Made by a program: the position numbers and the translations under genes | Part shown: positions 37,504 through 47,356 of the stretch, in pieces | How positions within the stretch are numbered: the stretch's first letter is position 1 | How the letters are laid out: each line of letters begins with the position of its first letter | Origin: Candidatus Enterousia sp. | GTDB lineage: Bacteria > Pseudomonadota > Alphaproteobacteria > Rs-D84 | Length of the DNA stretch: 64,000 bases | Direction of reading: 5' to 3' | NCBI GenBank assembly: GCA_045613315.1 | Contig: JAZLAV010000008.1 | Location: 84,828 to 148,827 of the forward strand | Notes under the pieces: model-generated | Database searches by the model: none | What the model saw: only the letters and a program-made list of their open reading frames with translations | Told to the model about the DNA's origin: nothing

Positions 37504-38363
37504 ATTCCGCCATCCTGTAATTTTTTGAACCAGTATCGTATATTGCGAATCATAATTTTTAATGGGTTATATGTTAAAAACCAATTCATATATTTTTCGC
37601 CATATAACCCGGTCGCAGATTTCATAACGGCCGTGGCAGCGGTTTTGTCACAATGGGACAGTATATATTTTATCTGGACACCGGCGGCACCGTTGTGACG
37701 AATAAAAGACGCCTTTTTAATAAATGGGCAACCACGTGTAAATAATTTTTTCGGGTTATTATATGTAAAACGCCCACGACATTTATACATTCCGTCGTAT
37801 GAACAGTTGTTGCGTTTAATCAGGTTTGATAACCCGTGTTCATACGCGATTGTAATTTGTGCCTTGGTCGGTTGGGTGGTAATGGTGCACATAAAATCAT
37901 TAAACCACGATGCGCAAAATACCGCACGATTCAATCGAACAAACCATGATTCCATATATTCGTGTGTTTTGTGGGTCGCAACCACAATGCCGGCGGCATC
38001 GGTATTTATGTCTTCGATTTTCTTAATCGTTGGGGCGATGTTGCATAATGGGCCATATACAGAATCATTTACCAAATATACAAAATCATAATTATTAAGT
38101 TTTAAATTATCGCGTGCCCATAAATATGTGCGCTTGTACGAACCAAAATCATATTCCCCGTGGCGCACCGCCATACAATGTAATACGAAAGGTGTTAATT
38201 TTTGTATTTCAGAATTAGAACAAGTTGAATCCATACATAATACAACATCACCGTGTTTTGCCAGGGCACGAACATAATAAACCAAAGAGTCGTCAACGAT
38301 TCCGTTTTTGTTATATCCTGCAAATAAAAAAAGGCGTTTTGTCATATTTGTCTTCTTGTTCAA
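37500..38363 (-). CDS. RgpF-like (rhamnan synthesis protein F family) glycosyltransferase
   Basis: LFAGYNKNGIVDDSLVYYV, GEYDFGSYK, VNDSVYGP and HEYMESWF. Confidence 0.65.
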   Translation of the reverse strand: MNKKTNMTKRLFLFAGYNKNGIVDDSLVYYVRALAKHGDVVLCMDSTCSNSEIQKLTPFVLHCMAVRHGEYDFGSYKRTYLWARDNLKLNNYDFVYLVNDSVYGPLCNIAPTIKKIEDINTDAAGIVVATHKTHEYMESWFVRLNRAVFCASWFNDFMCTITTQPTKAQITIAYEHGLSNLIKRNNCSYDGMYKCRGRFTYNNPKKLFTRGCPFIKKASFIRHNGAAGVQIKYILSHCDKTAATAVMKSATGLYGEKYMNWFLTYNPLKIMIRNIRYWFKKLQDGGI

Positions 38364-38394
38364 TTATTGTATAAAATATGCCGATTTATTTCAA

Positions 38395-39603
38395 TCATAT
38401 CTGGATGTGTAATTTAGATTTCATCCATTTGCGTGCGCGGTTGCGATTTATGCGACCTGGTATAAAACAAGATATAATCTTTACCAAATGACGCGCAAAC
38501 GAGTTATAAAACCGCCCACCGTTTTCAGATACATATTTATCATACTGGGCCATATATGCGTTCATTGAATCAGAATCCGGGGCGATGTCAGACGCGGTAT
38601 ATTTAAAATCAAAGTCGTCAAAAAATTGTTTCACATAATCGTTCACACCGATAATTTGTGGTGCGTGATTACCGCCGTGCTGGGATTTATGTTGTTCAAT
38701 CGATGCCCAAACAAATACAGATTTAAGACCGCAGGCCTGGTTGAACATATACTGGGTTTGGACAAACGAATCACGGGCCTTGTTTCGTTTAAGGGTGATG
38801 ACCGTGCCACCGGGTTTCATAAAAAGCGCCCAATGCAACGCGGTGCCTGCACATCCGGCCAAGTATTTCGCATCGCGCACCGCCGCAATTTGTTCGGCAA
38901 TTGTCATGGTTTCTGGGTAAATGATTTTATATCCGTTTTGGGCGAATATTTGTTGGATTTTTTCTTCGCCAAATGTTCGCATGGATTCAGGCAGTTTTGA
39001 TCGCGACATATAAACACGTTCATATCCAGCACCGGGTGTATTGTCGGCCATCGTTTGATATCCCAATGGCATTTTTTTATCGATGGTTGCGTTTTTTATA
39101 TTAAGTGTCTGGGATGGGATATATAATCGACTGAATCGTGTCGGTTGTGCAACGATAATTATATCTGATTTTTTTACGCCGAACGCCGCCATAAATTCAT
39201 AAACAAAATTTTGGGCGCCAATACCACGATTATCCATAAATACAAACTTGGTATCGTGCTGTTTACCAATGCCACCAAAAAGTCGGTTCATTTGTTCGAC
39301 CAAAAAATGACCAAAGTGTGGGTATATGTTGCCGACCAATACGGCGTCACAATCGATGAACGGCGCATCGTTCGGTATGGATTTTGGTATAAATTGGTGC
39401 GTTTTGCCGCGAAACTGTAAAGATTGTGAAATAAATTTTCCTTTTGCGTCAAACACACCATACGCGATTGTTTTGGGGTCCACGACGATTGTTGCGTTTT
39501 CTATTTTCACGACAGATGCATCCGATGTGGTTTTTACAGATTTAATAAGTTTGTCGGAATGTCTGATGCTTTTTTTGTCGCTGTATATTGTATATGGTGT
39601 CAT
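38395..39603 (-). CDS. DUF563 / GT61-like glycosyltransferase
   Basis: GHFLVEQMNRLF and YMSRSK...AEQIAAVRDAKYLAGCAGTALHWALFMKPG. Confidence 0.6.
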   Translation of the reverse strand: MTPYTIYSDKKSIRHSDKLIKSVKTTSDASVVKIENATIVVDPKTIAYGVFDAKGKFISQSLQFRGKTHQFIPKSIPNDAPFIDCDAVLVGNIYPHFGHFLVEQMNRLFGGIGKQHDTKFVFMDNRGIGAQNFVYEFMAAFGVKKSDIIIVAQPTRFSRLYIPSQTLNIKNATIDKKMPLGYQTMADNTPGAGYERVYMSRSKLPESMRTFGEEKIQQIFAQNGYKIIYPETMTIAEQIAAVRDAKYLAGCAGTALHWALFMKPGGTVITLKRNKARDSFVQTQYMFNQACGLKSVFVWASIEQHKSQHGGNHAPQIIGVNDYVKQFFDDFDFKYTASDIAPDSDSMNAYMAQYDKYVSENGGRFYNSFARHLVKIISCFIPGRINRNRARKWMKSKLHIQI

Positions 39604-39658
39604 ATTGAAGTCCCCTTGATAATATATATGCTAGATTATGCGACGGGTTTTTGCAAAT

Positions 39659-39684
39659 GAAAACACCGCCCATGTGGGCGGTTG
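39659..39684 (-). terminator. Probable terminator of typA
   Basis: CCGCCC ACAT GGGCGG followed by TGTTTTC on the minus strand (weak U-tract). Confidence 0.55.
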
Positions 39685-39686
39685 GT

Positions 39687-41525
39687 TTAATCGTATGATT
39701 CAGCAAATCGATACGCTTTTTTGCGTTTGGTGCTGTCCAGTTCTTTTTTTCGCAGGCGGATTACGGCGGGGGTGACTTCGACCAACTCGTCATCCTGGAT
39801 ATAGGACAGGGCTTCTTCTAAACTCATTTTGCGTGGCGGTGCCAAGAATAATTTTTCGTCGGCCGTGACCGAACGAACATTGGTTAATTGTTTTCCCTTT
39901 ACTGGATTTACTTCGATATCATTTTCTTTGGAATGTTCACCGATAATCATACCGGAATAAACCTCGGTCTGTGGGCCGATGAACAAGACTCCGCGTGGTT
40001 CCAGGTTGTGCAACGCATATGTTGCGGCGGAACCCGCCTCCATCGAAACCAAGACGCCCGGTCGATATTGCGAAATTGGGCCGCGGTATTCGTCATATTT
40101 ATCAAATACGCGGTTCATGATTCCCGTGCCGCGGGTGTCGGTACGAAATTCAGACAGGTATCCAATCAAACCACGCGATGGGGCGGAAAACACAATGCGG
40201 GTCTTTCCGGCACCAGATGCCTTCATTTCTGTAATAGTCGCCTTGCGCTTGGTCATCTTTTCGATAACAACACCGGAAAATTCGTCGTCAACATCAATAA
40301 CAACTTCTTCGATTGGTTCTAACTTTTCCCCGTTGGGGCCGGTCTGCATAACGACGCGCGGACGTGATACAGATAATTCGAATCCTTCGCGACGCATTGT
40401 TTCGATTAAAATACCCAACTGTAATTCGCCACGACCAGAAACTTCGAAACTTTCGTTGTTGGCGCTTTGCGTGACACGCAGGGCAATGTTGGTTTCGGCT
40501 TCGCGAAAAAGTCTTTCGCCAATCATGCGCGATGTTAATTTCTTGCCGGATTTACCAGCCAGTGGCGATGTATTAACAAAAAATGTCATGGTAAGGGTCG
40601 GTGGGTCAATCGGCATTGCCGGAATTGGTTCAGTGACTTCTGGAGCGCACAATGTATCTGCCACGGTTGCTTTACTGAAACCCGCAACGACAATGATGTC
40701 GCCCGCCGATGCGGAATCGCGCGAAATTTTTTCCACACCACGGTGTTCAATAATTTTTGTGATTTTTGCGTTTTCAATAAATTCGCCCTTCATATTTATG
40801 GCCTTGACCGATTGTCCAACGCGAACGGTGCCCGATTCAACCTTGCCGGTCAAAATACGACCAACATAGGGGTCCGCTTCCAATGTAGTGGCCAACATGG
40901 AAAATGGTGCATCCAATTGACAACGCGTGCCATTACAATCGGGGGCCGGCACATGGTCAACAATTAGTTGGAATAATGGGGTCAAATCTTTGTGTTCGTC
41001 ATTCAGGTCGCGAACCGCCCAACCGTCACGCCCAACGGAATACAGATACGGGAAATCCAACTGTGAATCGGTCGCGCCCAATTTATCGAACAAATCAAAT
41101 GTTTCAGTCAACACTTCATCCGGGCGGGCGTCGGCACGATCAACCTTGTTAATACAAACAATCGGACGCAGCCCCAATTTTAATGCCTTGCTTAATACAA
41201 ATTTTGTTTGCGGAAGGGGGCCCTCGGCCGCATCAACCAACAATACAACGCCGTCAACCATGGACAAAATACGTTCTACTTCGCCACCAAAGTCGGCGTG
41301 GCCCGGGGTGTCCACAATATTAATTTTGTATTCGCCCCATTGAATGGATGTCGGCTTGGCCGAAATTGTAATACCACGTTCACGTTCGATGTCGCCACTG
41401 TCCATAACGCGGTCTTCGACCCGTTCGTTTTCACGAAAAGTTCCCGCCTGTTTCAACATGTTATCGACAAGTGTCGTTTTACCATGGTCAACGTGCGCAA
41501 TGATTGCAATGTTGCGAATCTTCAT
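39687..41525 (-). CDS. typA: Translational GTPase TypA/BipA
   Basis: The ATG at 41525 gives [27 protein letters not shown] and NKVD. Confidence 0.95.
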   Translation of the reverse strand: MKIRNIAIIAHVDHGKTTLVDNMLKQAGTFRENERVEDRVMDSGDIERERGITISAKPTSIQWGEYKINIVDTPGHADFGGEVERILSMVDGVVLLVDAAEGPLPQTKFVLSKALKLGLRPIVCINKVDRADARPDEVLTETFDLFDKLGATDSQLDFPYLYSVGRDGWAVRDLNDEHKDLTPLFQLIVDHVPAPDCNGTRCQLDAPFSMLATTLEADPYVGRILTGKVESGTVRVGQSVKAINMKGEFIENAKITKIIEHRGVEKISRDSASAGDIIVVAGFSKATVADTLCAPEVTEPIPAMPIDPPTLTMTFFVNTSPLAGKSGKKLTSRMIGERLFREAETNIALRVTQSANNESFEVSGRGELQLGILIETMRREGFELSVSRPRVVMQTGPNGEKLEPIEEVVIDVDDEFSGVVIEKMTKRKATITEMKASGAGKTRIVFSAPSRGLIGYLSEFRTDTRGTGIMNRVFDKYDEYRGPISQYRPGVLVSMEAGSAATYALHNLEPRGVLFIGPQTEVYSGMIIGEHSKENDIEVNPVKGKQLTNVRSVTADEKLFLAPPRKMSLEEALSYIQDDELVEVTPAVIRLRKKELDSTKRKKAYRFAESYD

Positions 41526-41560
41526 ATATTTGCCTCTTAATTTTGCATAAATCGGGTATA

Positions 41561-41590
41561 GAGTATACCATTTTTCACGAATTTCAACAA
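41561..41590 (-). promoter_or_regulatory. Candidate promoter of typA
   Basis: Minus strand reads TTGTTG N17 TATACT, with a TG extension. Confidence 0.4.
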
Positions 41591-41615
41591 GATAGAACAT
41601 TTTTTATAAAATATA

Positions 41616-41643
41616 TTGACATTTTATATTTTTTGTCTATATT
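41616..41643 (+). promoter_or_regulatory. Candidate sigma70 promoter of the 41672 ORF
   Basis: TTGACA N16 TATATT. SD AGGAG lies at 41661. Confidence 0.5.
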
Positions 41644-41671
41644 ACAACATGTAAGAGAACAGGAGTAAATA

Positions 41672-42232
41672 ATGACAAACAAAGGAAGTCTTGGTTTTGA
41701 TGATATGATTCGATTTTCGCTTAATGCGTTATATGATATGACGTACAATGCGGTTCGGGCCAAACAACGTGACGGCAAATTGATGGGGTTGGATGCTACG
41801 GATGCAAACAGGGCACTGGTCAGTATGTATGCCGTTAAATCAAATCCGGATGCAATGTTGGGTAAATCTGCACTTAAAGATTTTACTAACCGTGTGTATC
41901 AGTACATGGATGAATGTCAAAAACGTGGCGAAGATATGAATTTTGATGCGGCATCCTGCATCGTTAACCGTGCATATGATATATTGGCGAATGACGCAAG
42001 CAAAGCAACAATTCTGTTGCCGGCGGGGTTGAGCCATATGTATGACGAATTGTTGCGTGCGGTTTATGAATCCAAAAATTGGTTAAATTTGCAACAAAAA
42101 GAAACGGCGCGAAAAAATATAATGGCGATATATAATCGTTTGCGGTTGGAAACAGAAAAATCTTTGTTTAAACGCGAAGCAATGAGAATAAAGATGTTGT
42201 TTGATAATCAGATTATATACAAAGGACACTAA
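41672..42232 (+). CDS. Hypothetical all-helical protein (186 aa)
   Basis: Good SD and promoter. No recognisable motif. Confidence 0.55.
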   Translation: MTNKGSLGFDDMIRFSLNALYDMTYNAVRAKQRDGKLMGLDATDANRALVSMYAVKSNPDAMLGKSALKDFTNRVYQYMDECQKRGEDMNFDAASCIVNRAYDILANDASKATILLPAGLSHMYDELLRAVYESKNWLNLQQKETARKNIMAIYNRLRLETEKSLFKREAMRIKMLFDNQIIYKGH

Positions 42233-42235
42233 ATT

Positions 42236-42266
42236 AAAAAAAAACGCCCGTTTGGGCGATTTTTTA
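42236..42266. terminator. Bidirectional intrinsic terminator
   Basis: A-run, then CGCCC GTTT GGGCG, then T-run. Confidence 0.75.
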
Positions 42267-42268
42267 TT

Positions 42269-42304
42269 TTAGTGTTTTCCGCCAATTTTGGTGCGGTCAC
42301 CCAT
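42269..42304 (-). pseudogene. Relic copy of the last 11 codons plus stop of serS
   Basis: Encodes MGDRTKIGGKH*. The intact serS end is MGGRTKIGGKH* (42347-42382). About 30 of 36 nt are identical. Confidence 0.65.
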
Positions 42305-42346
42305 CCGCTTTCGCTGATACTACAGCGAGATAGGGCGGTATGGTTT

Positions 42347-43627
42347 TTAATGTTTTCCACCGATTTTGGTGCGACCGCCCATATATGGTTGTAATGCCCG
42401 GGGGATATTAACAGAACCGTCCGCGTTTTGATGGTTTTCAATAATTGGGACCAATGCGCGCGGCAATGCGATTGCGGTATTGTTTAATGTTGCAACATAT
42501 TTCACATCCCCAGTTGTGTTTTCACGGTATCTGGTGTTTGTACGACGTGCCTGGAATTGACCGATGGACGAACAGGATCCCAATTCGCGATACGAATTTT
42601 CGGACGGGAACCAAGCTTCTACATCGTTCATTTTAACCTTGTTAAATCCCATGTCGCCAGTTGAATTTGCAATTACACGATATGGTAATTCAAATGCTTC
42701 CATAAATTCGCAAAGGTTATTTAATATATGTTCATGCATTTCGTCGCTTTGTTCGGGTTTGCAGAATACGTATTGTTCAACCTTGTTAAATTGGTGTACA
42801 CGAACAATTCCACGTGTGTCGCGTCCGGCGGCACCGGCTTCTTTTCTGAAACATGGGGAATATCCGGCGTATTTCAACGGCAATTCGTTTTCGTTTAATA
42901 TTTCATCCGCGTGCAGGGAATTGATAATAATTTCAGCGGTCCCGGCCAAACATCTGTCTGTGTCGGCCAACATAAACACATCGTTATTCATAACGGACAA
43001 ATCAGACCCCATAAAATGGCCCGCATTAAATATTGTTTGCGGTTTTGTGATGGATGGGCATTCTATATATTTGAACCCTTTGGATATAAGTTTTTGTACA
43101 ACATATGTTTGTACCGCCAGTGCCAATTCCGCCAATTCACCACAAAGTGCATAAACACGTGTGCCGCAAATACCTGCGATTTTTTCGGGCATCCACCAGC
43201 CGTTCATTTCCAACAATTCCCATTGTGGACGTGGTGTAAAATCAAATTCGCGTGGGGTGCCGACACGGCGAATCTCGATATTGGCGGATTCGTCTGGGCC
43301 AATTGGTGCGTCCGGACTGGGGATTTGCGGAACACGATGTAATAAATCGTTTAATGCAGATTCTTTTTCGGCCAATTCCGCCATGTCCGCCGCGATTTCA
43401 TTGCCTATTTCCTTGGACCGGGCGATAAGTGGCGTCTTGTCCGTGGCGGTTGGGATTTCGCGTGTGATTTTGTTCTTTTCGGCGGTCATCGTTTGCGTGA
43501 TTGTTTTCAATTCACGAACCCGTTTGTCCAAAGCCAAAATTTCGTCGGTGTGGTCAGTAAATCCCTTGACCGCACAGGCGTTTTTCACAATTTCTGGATT
43601 TTCACGAATGTATTTAATATCAATCAT
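42347..43627 (-). CDS. serS: Serine--tRNA ligase
   Basis: N-terminal coiled-coil arm. Class II motifs FRKEAGAAGRDTRGIVRVHQFNKVE and GSCSS...QARR. Confidence 0.95.
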   Translation of the reverse strand: MIDIKYIRENPEIVKNACAVKGFTDHTDEILALDKRVRELKTITQTMTAEKNKITREIPTATDKTPLIARSKEIGNEIAADMAELAEKESALNDLLHRVPQIPSPDAPIGPDESANIEIRRVGTPREFDFTPRPQWELLEMNGWWMPEKIAGICGTRVYALCGELAELALAVQTYVVQKLISKGFKYIECPSITKPQTIFNAGHFMGSDLSVMNNDVFMLADTDRCLAGTAEIIINSLHADEILNENELPLKYAGYSPCFRKEAGAAGRDTRGIVRVHQFNKVEQYVFCKPEQSDEMHEHILNNLCEFMEAFELPYRVIANSTGDMGFNKVKMNDVEAWFPSENSYRELGSCSSIGQFQARRTNTRYRENTTGDVKYVATLNNTAIALPRALVPIIENHQNADGSVNIPRALQPYMGGRTKIGGKH

Positions 43628-43768
43628 TGTTGTGTCCCCGTTTATTAAGTTATGCGCGGATTATAGGATGATTTTGTATTAAAATCAACATATTCATAAC
43701 CTTGATTTTTGGGTTTGCGTTAATTATGTATTATGGTATCATTTGGGCGATAAATAAAAGGAAAGGTT

Positions 43769-44677
43769 ATGAATATTACAATGTATGATGTGATTATTTT
43801 GGGTTCTGGACCGGCGGGGTTAACCGCGGCATTGTATGCGGCGCGCGCAAATAAAAGCACGATTGTGTTGGCCGGGGATACATTGGGTGGTCAAATGTCC
43901 CAAATTGCCAAATTGGAAAATTATCCCGGTTGGTCCGGTGACGGAATGGGATTGGCCGAATTTATGAAGCACCAGGCAGAATCGTTTGGTGCACGGGTTG
44001 TTTTTGTATCGGCCAAATCTGTTGATGGCGATGCAGAAAGCGGGTTCAATGTTTTGGGTGACGATGGTGTGCACTATGTTGGTAAAACAGTCATATTTGC
44101 AACCGGTGCATCCCCACGTAAATTGGACATAGAAGGGGCGCGTGAACTGATTGGACATGGTGTGACATACTGTGCGACGTGTGATGGATTTTTCTATCAG
44201 GGACGTGATGTAATGGTTATTGGTGGGGGAAATGCTGCGTTGAACGATGCGCTTTATTTGGCGGATATTGCGAAAAGTGTGACGATTGTTTATCGGCGGT
44301 CTGCATTTACCCGGGCCGAGGCTGTGTTGCGAAATCGTGTTGCCGAACGGGAAAATATAAAGTGTCTTTTTAATACAGATTTGAAAAAAATTGCACCCGT
44401 TGTGAACAGTGATAAATTGGTCGTGACAACATTGGATGACACCGAAATAGAAACCGATGGTTTGTTCGTTGCAATCGGACACGAGGCCAACACCGATTAT
44501 TTAACCGAAGATGTTGCGCGCGATGAAATGGGACGGTTAATACCGGCGGCGTTGCCGGTGGGAACATTTGTCGCGGGCGATGTGCACAGTAATATAAAAA
44601 TGCAAATTGCAACCGCGGTTGGAACGGGTTGTGCCGCCGCGATGGACGCGATCGCGTATTTGAACGCGCGTGAATAA
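43769..44677 (+). CDS. trxB: Thioredoxin-disulfide reductase
   Basis: GSGPAG, redox-active CATCDG, and GGGNAA. Confidence 0.92.
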   Translation: MNITMYDVIILGSGPAGLTAALYAARANKSTIVLAGDTLGGQMSQIAKLENYPGWSGDGMGLAEFMKHQAESFGARVVFVSAKSVDGDAESGFNVLGDDGVHYVGKTVIFATGASPRKLDIEGARELIGHGVTYCATCDGFFYQGRDVMVIGGGNAALNDALYLADIAKSVTIVYRRSAFTRAEAVLRNRVAERENIKCLFNTDLKKIAPVVNSDKLVVTTLDDTEIETDGLFVAIGHEANTDYLTEDVARDEMGRLIPAALPVGTFVAGDVHSNIKMQIATAVGTGCAAAMDAIAYLNARE

Positions 44678-44688
44678 CTAACCGTTGG

Positions 44689-45180
44689 TCACTTTTTTCC
44701 GAAATGTTTTTTAAGAGTGTCGTATGCGGCGGATATCTTGGCAAATTCGGCGGCAGACCCCGAACGATCGGGGTGATGTCGTTTTGCCAATGCACGGTAT
44801 TTTGCGCCGATTTCGCGCCATGTGGCCGTAATCGGTAAATCAAATGTTTTTAACGCACCCATAACTGGCCCCGGCAGGGTTGTTCGTTTCGGCATTTTAT
44901 CAAATGTGTCGCGACCAGATATAAAATCGTTAAGAAATTTTACATAATCGGCTTCGTCTGCGTTGGTCCGGGTTTTATCTTTTAATGGTGAACCGAAAAC
45001 CTGGGATTCCCAGTCGGCTTCGATTTCGTCAGTCGTCATGCCATCGTAATAATTCCAATTTTTATTGTATTCCGCCGCATGTTCCGGACAAAAGTGCCAA
45101 TATTCACGCAAATCGCGTGTTTTCGGACAACGACATGTGCCCGTTTTGATACAGCCGGTATGTTCACATTTCTGAATCAT
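44689..45180 (-). CDS. J-domain protein with N-terminal Cys-rich region
   Basis: N-terminal CEHTGC...CRCPK...FCPEHAAEYNKNWNY. C-terminal J domain with HPD (AKRHHPDRSG). Confidence 0.75.
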   Translation of the reverse strand: MIQKCEHTGCIKTGTCRCPKTRDLREYWHFCPEHAAEYNKNWNYYDGMTTDEIEADWESQVFGSPLKDKTRTNADEADYVKFLNDFISGRDTFDKMPKRTTLPGPVMGALKTFDLPITATWREIGAKYRALAKRHHPDRSGSAAEFAKISAAYDTLKKHFGKK

Positions 45181-46043
45181 TTTGTTGCCTTGTTTTGTTT
45201 TGCCAATGGGTGGTGTAATACAACCGTTTCAACCAATTTTTCCGGCATAACGTGAGTATAGATTTGCGTTGTTGAAATATCTTCGTGGCCCAACATTGTT
45301 TGAATCGCCCGCAGGTTCGCGCCACCCGCCAATAAATGTGATGCGAACGAATGGCGCAAAACGTGTGGTGATACGCGGTGTGGGTCAATCCCCGCCAAAA
45401 CGGCACATTTTTTCAGAATCTTGAAAAATCCATCGCGTGTAATGTGACCAGTTTGGCCGTGTGATGGAAATACATATTTTGATGGGTCGTCGCCACGTGC
45501 ATCCAACCATTTGTTTAATGCGTGCACGGCACCAGGATGCATCGGGACAATGCGTTCCTTGGCACCCTTGCCATGAATCAACAATTTGTCCCCCAGGTTC
45601 GCCGTCATCGGTAATTCGCACAGTTCCGATACACGCAATCCAGACGCGTACACCAATTCCAACATAGCCCGCAGACGTATTGCGTTTTTTATATCGCCCG
45701 CCGATGATATTAATAATTCTATTTCGTCCACTGACAAAAATTTCGGCAACGCGCGTGTGCGCTTTGGCAATTCCAAATTCGCAGTTGGATTTTTGGTTAT
45801 GATTTTTTCCAACATTAAAAATTTGTAAAATCCGCGCAGTGCGCTGGCGTGGCGGGCAATACTTGACGCACGGTCGGGCAGGGATGCCAAATATTTTTGT
45901 ATCGCGTTATCATCCGCCGACATCAGTCCACCCGGTATGGCTGCGTTTGCGTGGTTTAAATCGGATGCGTATGCCGCCAACGTTTTTTCAGATCGGCCAC
46001 GTTCGGCAGATAATGCTTCTAAGAATATATCAATATAATTCAT
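45177..46043 (-). CDS. xerD: Tyrosine recombinase XerD
   Basis: GKGAKERIVP, SPHVLRHSFASHLL, and LGHEDISTTQIYTHV. Confidence 0.85.
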   Translation of the reverse strand: MNYIDIFLEALSAERGRSEKTLAAYASDLNHANAAIPGGLMSADDNAIQKYLASLPDRASSIARHASALRGFYKFLMLEKIITKNPTANLELPKRTRALPKFLSVDEIELLISSAGDIKNAIRLRAMLELVYASGLRVSELCELPMTANLGDKLLIHGKGAKERIVPMHPGAVHALNKWLDARGDDPSKYVFPSHGQTGHITRDGFFKILKKCAVLAGIDPHRVSPHVLRHSFASHLLAGGANLRAIQTMLGHEDISTTQIYTHVMPEKLVETVVLHHPLAKQNKATK

Positions 46044-46174
46044 TATGACAGAACAACCTCGGTCATGGTTTGGGGGGCGGGAAACGATATTATCATAAGT
46101 GCCAATATCGCGATAACAATCGCAACAGCAATTATTTTATATATGTTAAACTTCTTCTTTTTGCGTAATGGCAT
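46043..46174 (-). CDS. Small single-TM protein, 43 aa (below the ORF-track cutoff)
   Basis: SD GGAGGG lies 6 nt upstream of the ATG at 46174. Sequence: MPLRKKKKFNIYKIIAVAIVIAILALMIISFPAPQTMTEVVLS. The stop overlaps the xerD ATG (TAATG). Confidence 0.5.
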   Translation of the reverse strand: MPLRKKKKFNIYKIIAVAIVIAILALMIISFPAPQTMTEVVLS

Positions 46175-46190
46175 ATCAACCCTCCATCTA

Positions 46191-47255
46191 TTAAATTGTA
46201 TCAAAACTGGCGATAAAAACACCCGCGCCCGCAATAATGATAAGTGGTGGCGCAATAATCGCCAATACCGCCGGCAACGCGCCCGTCGCCCCCAGTGCAT
46301 TAAACATATTTATTGTGAAATACGATGCAAAACATGTGACAACGCCAATACTGAATTTGAACCCAAAACTGAAATTACGACGTTGGCGCGTTTGTGAAAA
46401 CGCAATCCCCAATGTCGCCATCGCAATCATGGACAACGGCAAAAACAGCAGTGTCCAAAACTGGACCCAATGGGCGCGAACAGGAATACCAACGCTTTCC
46501 ATTTTTTTGATAAACGCCGGCAATTGCCAAAACGAAATCTGGTCCGGTTGTAAATATCGGTCCAGCACGGTTTTGGGGGTTAATTGTGTGTCCGCGTGCC
46601 ATGATGCGTTTTGGTCGCCATCAGACCCGTTCCATATTTTTGCAACCGGCGCATCCATACCATTGTTAGACAACGTTATGTGGTCCGCCATGACGCGTTC
46701 GGTTAACTTGAAATCAGGGTTTTGAACAAATGCGGTCGCGTTGTTAAATACCAGGTTTTCGCCATCGCGCGTAATTGTTTTTGCACGCATAGTTATATAT
46801 CCATTTTCGCCGGATTCACGCAACCATATCGCATTGTCGACCAATTTTAGATGGTTGGCGGTTATTTCGCGTGTACTTAGATGTACGGCATACGGATTAA
46901 GGACGGTGGTTGCAAAAACGCCAATCATCATCGCACCAAATAAAAATGGTCGCGCCATCTGGTACGGCGACAGGCCCGCCCCGGAAATAATAATGCTCTC
47001 GCTGGATTTGGTAAGGTTATAAGATGCAAACAATGTTCCCATAAAAATGGCCATTGGCAAAAACAGGGGGATGTATTCCATTAAACGTGACCATGCGTCC
47101 ATTATCGCAGCAATGGCGTTTGGGTTTGATGGCAACCGTTCGACAAATGTGACCGCCAAAATAATTCCGCATACGACCAACAACACCAAACCAACGCCGG
47201 AAAAAAATCGGTGCATCAGGAATCTGTTCAAAATTTTGTGTCGTGACATTAACAA
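46191..47255 (-). CDS. LptF/LptG-family LPS export permease
   Basis: YjgP/YjgQ-type layout: three TM segments, a periplasmic beta-jellyroll region, then three TM segments. Confidence 0.75.
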   Translation of the reverse strand: MLMSRHKILNRFLMHRFFSGVGLVLLVVCGIILAVTFVERLPSNPNAIAAIMDAWSRLMEYIPLFLPMAIFMGTLFASYNLTKSSESIIISGAGLSPYQMARPFLFGAMMIGVFATTVLNPYAVHLSTREITANHLKLVDNAIWLRESGENGYITMRAKTITRDGENLVFNNATAFVQNPDFKLTERVMADHITLSNNGMDAPVAKIWNGSDGDQNASWHADTQLTPKTVLDRYLQPDQISFWQLPAFIKKMESVGIPVRAHWVQFWTLLFLPLSMIAMATLGIAFSQTRQRRNFSFGFKFSIGVVTCFASYFTINMFNALGATGALPAVLAIIAPPLIIIAGAGVFIASFDTI

Positions 47256-47356
47256 AACCTATGATTCACACCTTATAATTTACCACAACATTTGTTAATT
47301 GCAAAATTAAAATGTTGTCTTATAATGCGGGAACAAATATATAACAGGAAAGAAGC

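Noticed and set aside
39979-40869. 296-aa plus-strand ORF
   Set aside because: It is antisense to typA and is a shadow ORF. The same reasoning applies to 7005..7745 (antisense to uvrB), 25904..26704 (mnmE/ruvA), 50696..51517 (secD), 54947..55666 (ftsK), 1925..2635 (aspS), and 15281..15886 and 15340..15960 (the secreted-protein gene).
45177-46043. Tyrosine recombinase; considered as the integrase of a genomic island
   Set aside because: The sequence is canonical XerD, embedded in a housekeeping operon (lptF/G-like gene, small ORF, xerD, J-protein). No att-like repeats flank it.
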